Shown: positions 52,974 to 64,000 of the stretch, one piece after another
Layout: the number at the start of each line of letters is the position of its first letter
How positions within the stretch are numbered: the first letter of the stretch is position 1
Assembly (NCBI GenBank): GCA_951406725.2
Contig: OX597823.1
Coordinates: forward strand, 113,398,001-113,462,000
Source: Octopus vulgaris
Lineage: Eukaryota
Direction: 5' to 3'
Length of the DNA stretch: 64,000 nt
Program-made: the position numbers and the translations under genes
The notes under the pieces: model-generated
Databases searched by the model: none
Told to the model about the DNA's origin: nothing
The model's input: the letters and a program-made list of their open reading frames with translations, nothing else

Positions 52974-54494
52974 ATAAAAGGCAGATTTTATCTGCCTCCC
53001 TTTGTCAGTTATAGAAATCTACAATATAGGATTTCTTCAATTACAATTTACCTAGCATTTTTAAGAGTAGAATGCATCGGGTCATGCCAGGTCCAGTTTT
53101 TAAAATTTAAACCCCAATAAAGCAAAATTTACAGAAAACTCACATTGTGGTGTATGAGTCAAATGCTTCTCTTAATGTGGGCTACAGCACTCGCACACAC
53201 ACACACACACAAAAAGGGAGCGATCTCATTCACTCACGCTATCACTCATTTCTGCGACTTTCTCTTTGCAAGTGTGCAGCGATTAAAGTGAAACTAATTC
53301 GATAAAACGAGAGAAGTGTACCTTAAACCACTACTAAAAAAAAAAAAAAACAGCAAACGGAAACAAATAAATACATAACGATTTACTCCTCACACAATTT
53401 CTTCAATTAGAGTGTACCCATGATTTTTCAGAGTACTTCCAGTGGGTGATGCCATAAAAAATTTCTTTCAGTTTTACCACCAATTAAGACAAAATTCGAG
53501 AAAACTCAATATTTTAACATTTCACCCCGAAAGCATTGATGTACATGTGTGCATGCGTGAGTGTGTGTGTGTCATTCCTCACACACACGCATACACATAC
53601 ATATATGAGAGTGGCAAACACAAACGTTTCAAACAACTACATACAAACACGTGTGTGTTTGTTATTAGTAGAAAAGGCGCCAAAACACAACTCACTTATC
53701 ATTCCAACACATTTGCAAAGACACACGGACGGTAGAATTGCTATAACAATACAGAAAAGGTAAATTGGTTTTTATTTTACTCTGTATATATTTTATTATA
53801 TAATATTATATATAGATATATGTATATATAATTGCAGTATGAAACAGTGTTTATGTATAAACAGACGACACTTATATATAGTTATTAATAAATGTATGCA
53901 TCCGTTTAACCCTTTCGTTACCAAACCGTCCGAATTTACCTATTCATATTTAAATGAGAATATCAGAGTAAATCTCTTTAGTACATTCGTGAAAACACGT
54001 ATTATACTTCGAAGTGTAATTTTAATTCCGTGAATTATGGGAGATTTTTTTCCGAAATTTGTTCCTATTGTGTTTTCAAAATTTGTAATTCTGACAAAAA
54101 ATGGATACGAATTTCATTATATCAAGCAGCGAGTCAGAATTCGAAGGATTTTCTACTGAAGACCTTCATAAATCTAACTCTATGACTGAAGAAAAAGCAT
54201 CATTATATAAGAGTGAAGTTGTGTGTCTGTCTCCTACGATTTAGATTCGTAACTACTCCCACATTTTGCGGTGCAGTTTAACCAAAAGCGGGTATCTTAT
54301 AGTCGTGATTCATATCGAGCCCGTCTGGGTATTAGCGCGCGTCTACGCTGAGTCTACGATTTAAAAAAAATTTACCATCATATTTTTCCATTTTAATGCA
54401 TTTTTTTCGCTTTTATATAAGGGAAGTAACTCTCTAAAAATGCTTATATAGTTATTTCCCTTACAAACCCGAGCAACGCCGGGCGATACTGCTA

Positions 54495-54495
<1 letters not shown>
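52968..54495 (+). mobile_element. Non-autonomous Helitron-like element (possibly composite)
   Basis: 3' terminus is hairpin cccg agcaacgc cggg plus CTAG then T (54468-54496); both ends abut (TA)n. Confidence 0.55.
53906..54200 (+). mobile_element. piggyBac-like left end
   Basis: TTAA|CCCTTT terminus at 53906-53915; the ATG at 54101 gives acidic MDTNFIISSSESEFEGFSTED. Confidence 0.5.
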
Positions 54496-54529
<34 letters not shown>

Positions 54530-54740
54530 CATACATATATATATATATATACATATATATACATGTATATATATAAATATATATGTATATATATATATAT
54601 ATATATACATACATACATATATATTATATACTTCCACACTTTTTACGTATACATATACAGACGCGCACATATACTGCCACATAAATATACAGACAAACAG
54701 GCATTGAATCAGATAGATTGATATATATATATATATATAT

Positions 54741-55347
<607 letters not shown>

Positions 55348-55649
55348 AACTTTTTATTGTAGCCACACAGGGCTAAACACAGAATAAAAATGGACGAAAT
55401 ACAATGTAGAATTTTTTCTTTTCGAGGTGGGATGGGTGGGGCAAGAAAAAAAAAAAAAAAAAAAACGTTTTATCAATAGGGATCTGTGGGTTGTGTGGTG
55501 TATAAAAAAGCAATATAAATATATAAATAAGGTTCAAAGTTTAGGTGTAGTCTTGGAAAGAAAAACCTACAAAAAAGACCAAGGTCACCTCAGACAATTC
55601 GAAAAAGAACACATGAGTAAGTCGCCTTACTTCTCGTTGTCTCTTTTGG

Positions 55650-58600
55650 TTACAGATTTATGCTTAAAATAGTGTCGTCTTTCATACTGACCATTTTTGC
55701 CACTTTTACCCACTTTTTATTAAAACATTCGTTCGACAAAGCCTTCCTCTCTATTCTCATCCTCCTTTTCAAGTGGTACTTGAAAAAGTTGACGAGAGAC
55801 TGACCAGAGAGGAAGGTGTTTGTTTGCAGTCCTTTCAAACGCGTCCACCACACACATTCTTTCGCCATAGCCATCAGCGTAACGAAAACCGTTTTCCCTT
55901 CCCGTTTAAAGGAAGGTGGTGGAACAATATTCACGATAGACTCGGCCGATAGGCGAGCCTGACCTACACGTGACAACAGCTGTTCGACGAAGGACCACAG
56001 CTCTGAAATATCTGGACACTGCACGAGTGCGTGCAGAACGGTTTCGTCGCTCTGACCGCATCTCGGGCAGGTCGGTCCGGTGATGGTTTTCGAACCGTGT
56101 CTGTAGCTCTTCTCTCGAACAGGTAGTGCGTCTCGATAGCACTGCCAAGCCAGGGATTTCTGGAAGTTATCCATAGGCCCCGGCCCGAACGTCGTCCTGA
56201 ACAGGCGGGTTAGGAATTCCTCGTCGACGCCCAGGTTTGCCCCGAGTGTGTCGTCGGACCTCCCCTCCACTAATCCTCTATAGAACGCTTTAGTCGTTTG
56301 GAAGTTGCACAAGTTTGACCCCGGTCGGCAGAGCTGCTGTAGAGCTTGGCGACACTCTCGGTGCCAATCGCCCAGTTTCGGTCTCTTTTTGATCCACGTT
56401 TGCAGTTCGGTCAGTGAGACGAGCTGCGGGAAGTCGCGCCTCACAAACGGCGCCCACACCTGTTCACCGTCGTCGATGAATTTCCAGAGATGTCGCAGTC
56501 TCAGCGCATGCCTGCGCATCATCAACCACGGCATGCCCAGTCCTCCATTCAACGGATGTTGACAGCAAATGGACTTCCTCACCATCGGAACGCCACCCTT
56601 CCACAGGAAGCGGAAGAGTATGCGTTCCAGTTTGGTGATGGTGGCGTCGGGACAAGGTACGACGGTCAGGCGGTAATCGATGACGGATGCGATGTACGCG
56701 TTCGCCACCTCCGCCCGGCCTTTTAGAGACAGCTTTCTCTCGGCCCATTTTTGGCTGAGAGCGACCACTCTACTCGTGATCTCGTCCCAGTTCTTATCCA
56801 TTTGGAGGTCCGGACTGAACCAGACCCCGAGCAATTTAACCGGTCCGTCCGTCCAGCGTCCCACTACTGAGCCGCAGTCGGACGGCATGGGCTTGCTTCT
56901 CCAGGTGCCGAGTAGCAAACCCACTGACTTTTCCGGGTTAATCTTTGCTCCCGTCACCGTTTCGTATTTTCTTAGTGTCTCGCCGACCAGCTCGATGTGC
57001 TGGTAGCTCGACACTATGACGGTGACATCGTCCGCATATGCCGACACGCTCGTCCCGCAACCCAGTTCCCGTGGGATGCCCCTCAGTGTCGCCAGCTTCC
57101 GCAGTAGCGGCTCGAGAGTCAATACATACAGAAGCGCCGACAGGGGACACCCCTGACGGACCGAACGCGTGATGTCAAACGGTTTCGACAGGTGACCGTT
57201 TACCCGAATCACCGATCGGATGCCGCTATACAAGGCAGCGATCCAACCGCGGAAGACGGGACCGAAGCCAGCCGCCCTGAGGACGGCCGCCAAGTACCGA
57301 TGGTCGACCCTATCGAAGGCTTTAGACTGATCCAAATTTATCAGCGCCCCACCCATGCCAGGATCCTTAACTACCCTGTCCACAATGTAGCGCATCAGAT
57401 GGAGGTTGTCATGTATGGTTCTGCCCGGCACGGCGCATGTTTGCGCCCTGTCGACCAGTTTACCAATGACAAGCGCCAACCTCTCGGCTATTACTTTGGC
57501 CAAAATTTTCAAATCTGCGTTGAGCAGAGTGATGGGCCTGAAATTATCTATAAAATTCCCCTTGTTTGAGTCTTTCTTCAGCAACGTCACTGCACCTCGG
57601 CTCACGAAACCGGGGATTCTCCCGTTTTGTTGCCAGTTGCAGTAGACTGATGCCAAGAGGTCGCCAAACAAGTCTGGCATTCGACAATACAGCTCGTAGG
57701 GTAAACCATCCAATCCAGGCGACTTATCCCTCGCGCAGCCCGCCATCGCATCCCACACGTCAGCGGCTGTGATGGGACTTTCACAACACTCCGCCTCTCT
57801 TGCCGAGAGCCGCGGCAGGTCGGTCAGGTAGGCACTGAAATCCATCCCTCGTTCCGACCCACCACTCGCACCAAACAGTCGAGCAAAGTGCTGTTGAAAG
57901 GCCTCACACATCCTTTCGGGTTCGAGTAAACTGCATCCCTGTTGATCTATTAGAGACCGAATGGTTGATCTGTTGCCACGCTGCGCCTCCGCTACCCGGG
58001 CCTCTCGCGCAGCTTCAATCCCTTCGTTCCTTAAGGCACGCATTTTAGCTCTGACGACGCAACCTTCGTGCTTGGCGTTGAGGTGTTGGTCGAGGGCCAT
58101 CCTCGCAGCTAGCACGTTGGTTGCGCTGCCAGTGGTAAGTGCCTCTTCTAGTTTCTTAACTAAGTCTCCCTCTACTCTATTTCGTTCTATCGCTAATTCC
58201 TTGCTAAACCTAATTGATTCCGATTTTATTGCCATTTTTAGGGCGTACCACCAGCGGTTGTTAACGACCGCTCCCGTCAGCGCCCTCTTAATTAACTCGC
58301 TAATCCGGTTCCTGTAAATCTGTCGCGCTAACAGCGACGTGTTCAGTTTCCAGTAACCGGGACCCTGCCTATGTGTTTTATCTAAGTCGAGCGTACACGT
58401 AACAAATTTGTGATCTGTGTAGCTGACTATTTTAAATTGTGGACAACCTACACTATCCCTATCCGCTGTCCTGCATAGAATTCTATCTAGATAAGATCTC
58501 GACGATCCGACGCGGTTTGTCCAAGTCCACGTTGGCACGTTCGGATGGTCGAGTCGGAACCTGTCAGACAAATGGAAACGTCTGAGCAGGTCTTTGAGGC

Positions 58601-59099
58601 TCTTACACCCCCTTCTATTCCTATCCCTTCCCACATAATCTAGATGCGTGTCCAAGGTAGCGTTCCAATCCCCTACTAACAGTAAAGGTTTAGACGTACC
58701 CAGGAAAACCTCTAGACGTCTGAAGAAATCCGCCCGACCCGTTAAGGACGGTGCATAAACTGCCATCAGACGGAATGCACACCCATTTCTGCCATCCACG
58801 TCCAAGACAACCAGCCTACCCTCCGGGTCTAGGAATATTGCTCTTACTTTTACCTTTAGACTCTTTCGAAAAAGCACCGCAGTACCTCCACCACCCATGT
58901 TCGGCAGACAGGGAGAAAAATAAATGTCAAATTGATTGCCAAACATGGACTCGAGGGCCCGCGGCTTACTGAGTCTGGTTTCACTGATAGCTACTATATC
59001 CACGTCCAGTGACTTGATGTCGTTTAGAAGGTAACCTTGCTTCCAAGCCGACGCCAAGCCACGCGCATTCACACAACCTAATTTAAGCATACTTGACAT
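55650..59099 (-). CDS. ORF2: AP endonuclease, reverse transcriptase and C-terminal Zn finger (Tx1 clade), 1149 aa, intact
   Basis: APE motifs NARGL, SET, VYAP, GDWN, SYLDRI, TDH; GPGYWKLN linker; RT motifs KSPGLDG, RPITLLNAD, DQSKAFD, VRQGCPLS, YADD; CPRC..ETVLHALVQC. Confidence 0.97.
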   Translation of the reverse strand: MSSMLKLGCVNARGLASAWKQGYLLNDIKSLDVDIVAISETRLSKPRALESMFGNQFDIYFSPCLPNMGGGGTAVLFRKSLKVKVRAIFLDPEGRLVVLDVDGRNGCAFRLMAVYAPSLTGRADFFRRLEVFLGTSKPLLLVGDWNATLDTHLDYVGRDRNRRGCKSLKDLLRRFHLSDRFRLDHPNVPTWTWTNRVGSSRSYLDRILCRTADRDSVGCPQFKIVSYTDHKFVTCTLDLDKTHRQGPGYWKLNTSLLARQIYRNRISELIKRALTGAVVNNRWWYALKMAIKSESIRFSKELAIERNRVEGDLVKKLEEALTTGSATNVLAARMALDQHLNAKHEGCVVRAKMRALRNEGIEAAREARVAEAQRGNRSTIRSLIDQQGCSLLEPERMCEAFQQHFARLFGASGGSERGMDFSAYLTDLPRLSAREAECCESPITAADVWDAMAGCARDKSPGLDGLPYELYCRMPDLFGDLLASVYCNWQQNGRIPGFVSRGAVTLLKKDSNKGNFIDNFRPITLLNADLKILAKVIAERLALVIGKLVDRAQTCAVPGRTIHDNLHLMRYIVDRVVKDPGMGGALINLDQSKAFDRVDHRYLAAVLRAAGFGPVFRGWIAALYSGIRSVIRVNGHLSKPFDITRSVRQGCPLSALLYVLTLEPLLRKLATLRGIPRELGCGTSVSAYADDVTVIVSSYQHIELVGETLRKYETVTGAKINPEKSVGLLLGTWRSKPMPSDCGSVVGRWTDGPVKLLGVWFSPDLQMDKNWDEITSRVVALSQKWAERKLSLKGRAEVANAYIASVIDYRLTVVPCPDATITKLERILFRFLWKGGVPMVRKSICCQHPLNGGLGMPWLMMRRHALRLRHLWKFIDDGEQVWAPFVRRDFPQLVSLTELQTWIKKRPKLGDWHRECRQALQQLCRPGSNLCNFQTTKAFYRGLVEGRSDDTLGANLGVDEEFLTRLFRTTFGPGPMDNFQKSLAWQCYRDALPVREKSYRHGSKTITGPTCPRCGQSDETVLHALVQCPDISELWSFVEQLLSRVGQARLSAESIVNIVPPPSFKREGKTVFVTLMAMAKECVWWTRLKGLQTNTFLSGQSLVNFFKYHLKRRMRIERKALSNECFNKKWVKVAKMVSMKDDTILSINL

Positions 59100-59156
59100 T
59101 TACGAAAATTGTGTTTTACACACTATATTAGAAGAGACAAGAGGCAAGAAGTGAGG

Positions 59157-59609
59157 TCACTTACTCATTTTAAAAGTTTCATTTTTTTCTTCTTCTTTTG
59201 TATCGTTTTTGATGAGGTGTTTGTATAGTTTTTTCGACAGGTATCGTTGATACCCGCCTACCGCATTCGGAAATAATGTTTTCAGTATGTGGTGTTGTGC
59301 TTGTGTTATGTGTAAAATTCTGATGTGTTTCGGTGGTGTGGTGTGCGGATGATTGTTTGTCTTAAAATCATCTTCACAGACGACCATGTTAGATTTGATG
59401 TAGTCCATTAATTCTTTATTGTCTGTGTCTATTGCAGTTAGTTGTGTGTGTGGTTTTACGGGTTCATTACTTTTTTGATTGTCTAGGGGAATGTTGTCCT
59501 GAGTGAGATATCTCCCTGCTTTAATTCCTTGTTTGGTGGATTTTTTGGATCTTTTTCTTTTACCCCCTGTGGCTATTTGCCATTCCGTCGAACTTTCGTC
59601 GTCCGAGTA
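59157..59609 (-). CDS. Probable C-terminal part of ORF1 in the -1 frame (150 aa open frame)
   Basis: Open from 59609: YSDDESSTEWQIATGGKRKRSKK...KELMDYIKSN...FKMSK*; overlaps the end of ORF1. Confidence 0.6.
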   Translation of the reverse strand, partial: YSDDESSTEWQIATGGKRKRSKKSTKQGIKAGRYLTQDNIPLDNQKSNEPVKPHTQLTAIDTDNKELMDYIKSNMVVCEDDFKTNNHPHTTPPKHIRILHITQAQHHILKTLFPNAVGGYQRYLSKKLYKHLIKNDTKEEEKNETFKMSK

Positions 59610-60916
59610 TCAGTATGGGGTAGAGGAAAAAGAACAGGATCACTATGTATGCTTGTATAAATTGTTGATGTTTTGTGCGGTGTTTGTGTTGTTGTGGTGT
59701 TAGGGGTAGCATTTGTCTTCTCGTCAGTGTTTTCTGTCTTTTTAATTGTCGTCCTGGGTGTGGGTGTGGGTCGATTTTTTGAAGATTCAACAAGTTTAAT
59801 TGGTTGTGACGTCAACGGTGATTGTGTTGGTACTGTTTTTCTTGGTGATGTTGTTGGGGTTTGTTGTTTTTCTTGGCGTTGTTCCATAATTGAGTGTGTT
59901 GGTGTTGGTGTTGGCAACAAAGGGATTTTATTTGTTTTCTGAATTGTTCTTTCTTGTTTTTTCTGTACCAGATCGCACTTGGCAATCAAATGTTCGGGGC
60001 TGCCACATTTGTAGCATCTAGGCTTTTTGCCTTCTGCCATAACATATAGGCATTGCCCATTCTCCAAGTATATCTTGTCGGGTAGGCTCTCGATAGAGGC
60101 CCCCTCAATCTGGATGGTCACTACTACTGTTTTTCCACCCCAATTGTCGTTTAGGTACACGGCTGTTTCTAGAATATTGATCTTTTTCAAGTGGTAACAG
60201 ATTGCCCCTGTTATCCATTTGTTCGGCATATCGGGGGGTACATTTCTGATAGTAATTCTACTCACCCTCTGGTTTTTATAATAAGGGACCATGATGATTT
60301 CATCATTTCCCAGAGACTCAGTAGAGTGAGCTTTTGCCACTTCCTGGTTAGGGAAGCGGACCACTACTGTGTTAAACTGGGGACCCCAGTTTATATACTC
60401 TTTTTCTTTCATTATATTTTTTAAACATTTCTCCACATCAGTTTTTGTAATCTGTTCATTTGGTTTTTTGTTTTTTCTAATAATTTTATATACAATTGTC
60501 TTATTTTCAATTTCTTGTTTTATATGTTGAGGTGTATGCAGGACTAAATCTTGTCCACGGGTTGTAAAGAGAGCTCTTGTTTCTATGAGCTCTTCATTTG
60601 TGAATGTAACAATCTCCTTTTTCTGGCGAAGAATATCTGCGAAATTTACTGTTGTTGACTTTTTTGTATTGGCATCTTCACTATTAGATAGTTCATTTTT
60701 ATTGTTGTTCTTGTTGTTGCTGTTGTTTTTGTCAATAGTTTTCGTTTCAGTTTTATTTTTATCATTTATGTTGGTCGTGGTAGTGGTGGTGGTGGTGGTG
60801 GAGGTGGTGGTGGTAGCAGTTGTTGTCTCGTGGTTGCTGTTGTTAGTGGTGGTGGTGGCGGTGGTGACAGGGCTGTTAACGCACGTGGTTGCAGCGTTCC
60901 TTTCACCGAATTTCAC
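59573..60916 (-). CDS. ORF1: nucleic-acid-binding protein with RRM-like region and CCHC zinc knuckle
   Basis: RITIRNVPPDMPNKWI (RRM-like) and CYKCGSPEHLIAKC (CX2CX4HX4C); Thr/Asn-rich N-terminus; start codon uncertain (GTG). Confidence 0.85.
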   Translation of the reverse strand: MKFGERNAATTCVNSPVTTATTTTNNSNHETTTATTTTSTTTTTTTTTNINDKNKTETKTIDKNNSNNKNNNKNELSNSEDANTKKSTTVNFADILRQKKEIVTFTNEELIETRALFTTRGQDLVLHTPQHIKQEIENKTIVYKIIRKNKKPNEQITKTDVEKCLKNIMKEKEYINWGPQFNTVVVRFPNQEVAKAHSTESLGNDEIIMVPYYKNQRVSRITIRNVPPDMPNKWITGAICYHLKKINILETAVYLNDNWGGKTVVVTIQIEGASIESLPDKIYLENGQCLYVMAEGKKPRCYKCGSPEHLIAKCDLVQKKQERTIQKTNKIPLLPTPTPTHSIMEQRQEKQQTPTTSPRKTVPTQSPLTSQPIKLVESSKNRPTPTPRTTIKKTENTDEKTNATPNTTTTQTPHKTSTIYTSIHSDPVLFPLPHTDTRTTKVRRNGK

Positions 60917-61220
60917 GTTGGCATTTTCCGTGCGAACGTTCTTTTTTTCTCTGTCGTTTCCAGACTAGGAAAATGTTGTTCCAAAAAGAACGCGACCAGC
61001 GTTCAACAATAAAATTTCTAGACATTTTCTAATGTCGAGAAGAAAATAACAGAAATGAAATGGGGTCGAAACTGCCCCTAGGGGCGAATTCCTCCCTTGG
61101 AAAAGCACTCAAATGAAAGTTGGTTGCCTTACACACCTTATTTGCAAAAATCTACACAAAAATTGGCCTATAAATAGTCAAAATAAATGATTACCTTCGG
61201 AGCTGAAACGACATCACATT

Positions 61221-61299
61221 AGACAGATAGATAGATAGATAGATAGAGAGATAGATAGATAGATGTATAGATAGAGAGATAGATAGATAAGAGAAGAAG

Positions 61300-61332
<33 letters not shown>

Positions 61333-61358
61333 TAGATAGATAGATAGATGAGATAGAT

Positions 61359-61393
<35 letters not shown>

Positions 61394-61394
61394 G

Positions 61395-61473
<79 letters not shown>

Positions 61474-61481
61474 TGATAGAT
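61221..61481. repeat. (GATA)n spacer between the Tx1 copies
   Basis: About 260 bp of imperfect GATA repeat. Confidence 0.95.
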
Positions 61482-64000
61482 AACTTTTTATTGTAGCCAC
61501 ACAGGGCTAAACACAGAATAAAAATGGACGAAATACAATGTAGAATTTTTCTTTTCGAGGTGGGATGGGTGGGGCAAGAGAAAAAAAAAAAAAAAAAAAA
61601 CGTTTGATCAATAGGGATCTGTGGGTTGTGTGGTGTATAAAAAAGCAATATATATATATATATAAAGGTTCACAGTTTAGGTGTAGTCTTGGAAAGAAAA
61701 ACCTACAAAAAAGACCAAGGTCACCTCAGGCAATTCGAAAAAGAACACATGAGTAAGTCGCCTTACTTCTCGTTGTCTCTTTTGGTTACAGATTTATGCT
61801 TAAAATAGTGTCGTCTTTCATACTGACCATTTTTGCCACTTTTACCCACTTTTTATTAAAACATTCGTTCGACAAAGCCTTCCTCTCTATTCTCATCCTC
61901 CTTTTCAAGTGGTACTTGAAAAAGTTGACGAGAGACTGACCAGAGAGGAAGGTGTTTGTTTGCAGTCCTTTCAAACGCGTCCACCACACACATTCTTTCG
62001 CCATAGCCATCAGCGTAACGAAAACCGTTTTCCCTTCCCGTTTAAAGGAAGGTGGTGGAACAATATTCACAATAGACTCGGCCGATAGGCGAGCCTGACC
62101 TACACGTGACAACAGCTGTTCGACGAAGGACCACAGCTCTGAAATATCTGGACACTGCACGAGTGCGTGCAGAACGGTTTCGTCGCTCTGACCGCATCTC
62201 GGGCAGGTCGGTCCGGTGATGGTTTTCGAACCGTGTCTGTAGCTCTTCTCTCGAACAGGTAGTGCGTCTCGATAGCACTGCCAAGCCAGGGATTTCTGGA
62301 AGTTATCCATAGGCCCCGGCCCGAACGTCGTCCTGAACAGGCGGGTTAGGAATTCCTCGTCGACGCCCAGGTTTGCCCCGAGTGTGTCGTCGGACCTCCC
62401 CTCCACTAGTCCTCTATAGAACGCTTTAGTCGTTTGGAAGTTGCACAAGTTTGACCCCGGTCGGCAGAGCTGCTGTAGAGCTTGGCGACACTCTCGGTGC
62501 CAATCGCCCAGTTTCGGTCTCTTTTTGATCCACGTTTGCAGTTCGGTCAGTGAGACGAGCTGCGGGAAGTCGCGCCTCACAAACGGCGCCCACACCTGTT
62601 CACCGTCGTCGATGAATTTCCAGAGATGTCGCAGTCTCAGCGCATGCCTGCGCATCATCAACCACGGCATGCCCAGTCCTCCATTCAACGGATGTTGACA
62701 GCAAATGGACTTCCTCACCATCGGAACGCCACCCTTCCACAGGAAGCGGAAGAGTATGCGTTCCAGTTTGGTGATGGTGGCGTCGGGACAAGGTACGACG
62801 GTCAGGCGGTAATCGATGACGGATGCGATGTACGCGTTCGCCACCTCCGCCCGGCCTTTTAGAGACAGCTTTCTCTCGGCCCATGTTTGGCTGAGAGCGA
62901 CCACTCTACTCGTGATCTCGTCCCAGTTCTTATCCATTTGGAGGTCCGGACTGAACCAGACCCCGAGCAATTTAACCGGTCCGTCCGTCCAGCGTCCCAC
63001 TACTGAGCCGCAGTCGGACGGCATGGGCTTGCTTCTCCAGGTGCCGAGTAGCAAACCCACTGACTTTTCCGGGTTAATCTTTGCTCCCGTCACCGTTTCA
63101 TATTTTCTTAGTGTCTCGCCGACCAGCTCGATGTGCTGGTAGCTCGACACTATGACGGTGACATCGTCCGCATATGCCGACACGCTCGTCCCGCAACCCA
63201 GTTCCCGTGGGATGCCCCTCAGTGTCGCCAGCTTCCGCAGTAGCGGCTCGAGAGTCAATACATACAGAAGCGCCGACAGGGGACACCCCTGACGGACCGA
63301 ACGCGTGATGTCAAACGGTTTAGACAGGTGACCGTTTACCCGAATCACCGATCGGATGCCGCTATACAAGGCAGCGATCCAACCGCGGAAGACGGGACCG
63401 AAGCCAGCCGCCCTGAGGACGGCCGCCAAGTACCGATGGTCGACCCTATCGAAGGCTTTAGACTGATCCAAATTTATCAGCGCCCCACCCATGCCAGGAT
63501 CCTTAACTACCCTGTCCACAATGTAGCGCATCAGATGGAGGTTGTCATGTATGGTTCTGCCCGGCACGGCGCATGTTTGCGTCCTGTCGACCAGTTTACC
63601 AATGACAAGCGCCAACCTCTCGGCTATTACTTTGGCCAAAATTTTCAAATCTGCGTTGAGCAGAGTGATGGGCCTGAAATTATCTATAAAATTCCCCTTG
63701 TTTGAGTCTTTCTTCAGCAACGTCACTGCACCTCGGCTCACGAAACCGGGGATTCTCCCGTTTTGTTGCCAGTTGCAGTAGACTGATGCCAAGAGGTCGC
63801 CAAACAAGTCTGGCATTCGACAATACAGCTCGTAGGGTAAACCATCCAATCCAGGCGACTTATCCCTCGCGCAGCCCGCCATCGCATCCCACACGTCAGC
63901 GGCTGTGATGGGACTTTCACAACACTCCGCCTCTCTTGCCGAGAGCCGCGGCAGGTCGGTCAGGTAGGCACTGAAATCCATCCCTCGTTCCGACCCACCA
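61482..64000 (-). mobile_element. Tx1-clade retrotransposon copy 2 (3' part, continues beyond window)
   Basis: Near-identical to 55348-57864, offset about 6135 bp. Confidence 0.95.
61786..64000 (-). CDS. ORF2 of copy 2, partial (RT and Zn finger), open to the window edge
   Basis: Same protein as copy 1 apart from DRAQT>DRTQT and SQKW>SQTW in the provided translations. Confidence 0.95.
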   Translation of the reverse strand, partial: GGSERGMDFSAYLTDLPRLSAREAECCESPITAADVWDAMAGCARDKSPGLDGLPYELYCRMPDLFGDLLASVYCNWQQNGRIPGFVSRGAVTLLKKDSNKGNFIDNFRPITLLNADLKILAKVIAERLALVIGKLVDRTQTCAVPGRTIHDNLHLMRYIVDRVVKDPGMGGALINLDQSKAFDRVDHRYLAAVLRAAGFGPVFRGWIAALYSGIRSVIRVNGHLSKPFDITRSVRQGCPLSALLYVLTLEPLLRKLATLRGIPRELGCGTSVSAYADDVTVIVSSYQHIELVGETLRKYETVTGAKINPEKSVGLLLGTWRSKPMPSDCGSVVGRWTDGPVKLLGVWFSPDLQMDKNWDEITSRVVALSQTWAERKLSLKGRAEVANAYIASVIDYRLTVVPCPDATITKLERILFRFLWKGGVPMVRKSICCQHPLNGGLGMPWLMMRRHALRLRHLWKFIDDGEQVWAPFVRRDFPQLVSLTELQTWIKKRPKLGDWHRECRQALQQLCRPGSNLCNFQTTKAFYRGLVEGRSDDTLGANLGVDEEFLTRLFRTTFGPGPMDNFQKSLAWQCYRDALPVREKSYRHGSKTITGPTCPRCGQSDETVLHALVQCPDISELWSFVEQLLSRVGQARLSAESIVNIVPPPSFKREGKTVFVTLMAMAKECVWWTRLKGLQTNTFLSGQSLVNFFKYHLKRRMRIERKALSNECFNKKWVKVAKMVSMKDDTILSINL

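Larger units (their letters stand above)
55348..61218 (-). mobile_element. Full-length Tx1/L1-clade non-LTR retrotransposon, copy 1
   Basis: 5'UTR, ORF1, ORF2 and an approximately 300-bp 3'UTR with U-tract, tagcc/ggcta hairpin and AATAAA; flanked by (TATC)n on both sides. Confidence 0.95.

Noticed and set aside
55906-63920. Short antisense and alternate-frame ORFs within Tx1 ORF1 and ORF2
   Set aside because: Shadow ORFs of coding sequence; repeated only because the element is duplicated.

Overview
This is AT-rich, microsatellite-saturated eukaryotic DNA. The SINE repertoire and SSR density suggest a cephalopod, probably Octopus (inference). I could not identify any host gene exon, and most ORF-track entries are translations of simple repeats. 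The window is a nest of transposable elements. (1) A near-intact Tx1/L1-clade non-LTR retrotransposon on the minus strand (55348-61218; ORF1 with CCHC knuckle, ORF2 APE-RT-Zn finger) sits head-to-tail with a second near-identical copy (61482 to window end), both embedded in (TATC)n/(GATA)n. (2) There are many tRNA-derived SINEs; one subfamily shares its 3' stem-loop with that Tx1 element and forms multimers with a fixed junction. (3) There are several Penelope-like element (PLE) remnants, plus about a dozen type-I hammerhead-ribozyme motifs (CUGAnGA...GAAAC...GUH), intact or degenerate. Most lie in short non-coding inserts bounded by (TA)n, two pairs lie in fold-back inverted repeats, and one is fused to a tRNA-headed SINE. 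(4) There are remnants of mariner, hAT-like, piggyBac, Helitron, RTE and R4/Dong elements. The strongest candidate systems are the (TA)n-embedded hammerhead-bearing mini-elements and the GATA-array Tx1 LINE with its putative partner SINE. All folds and alignments were done by eye.
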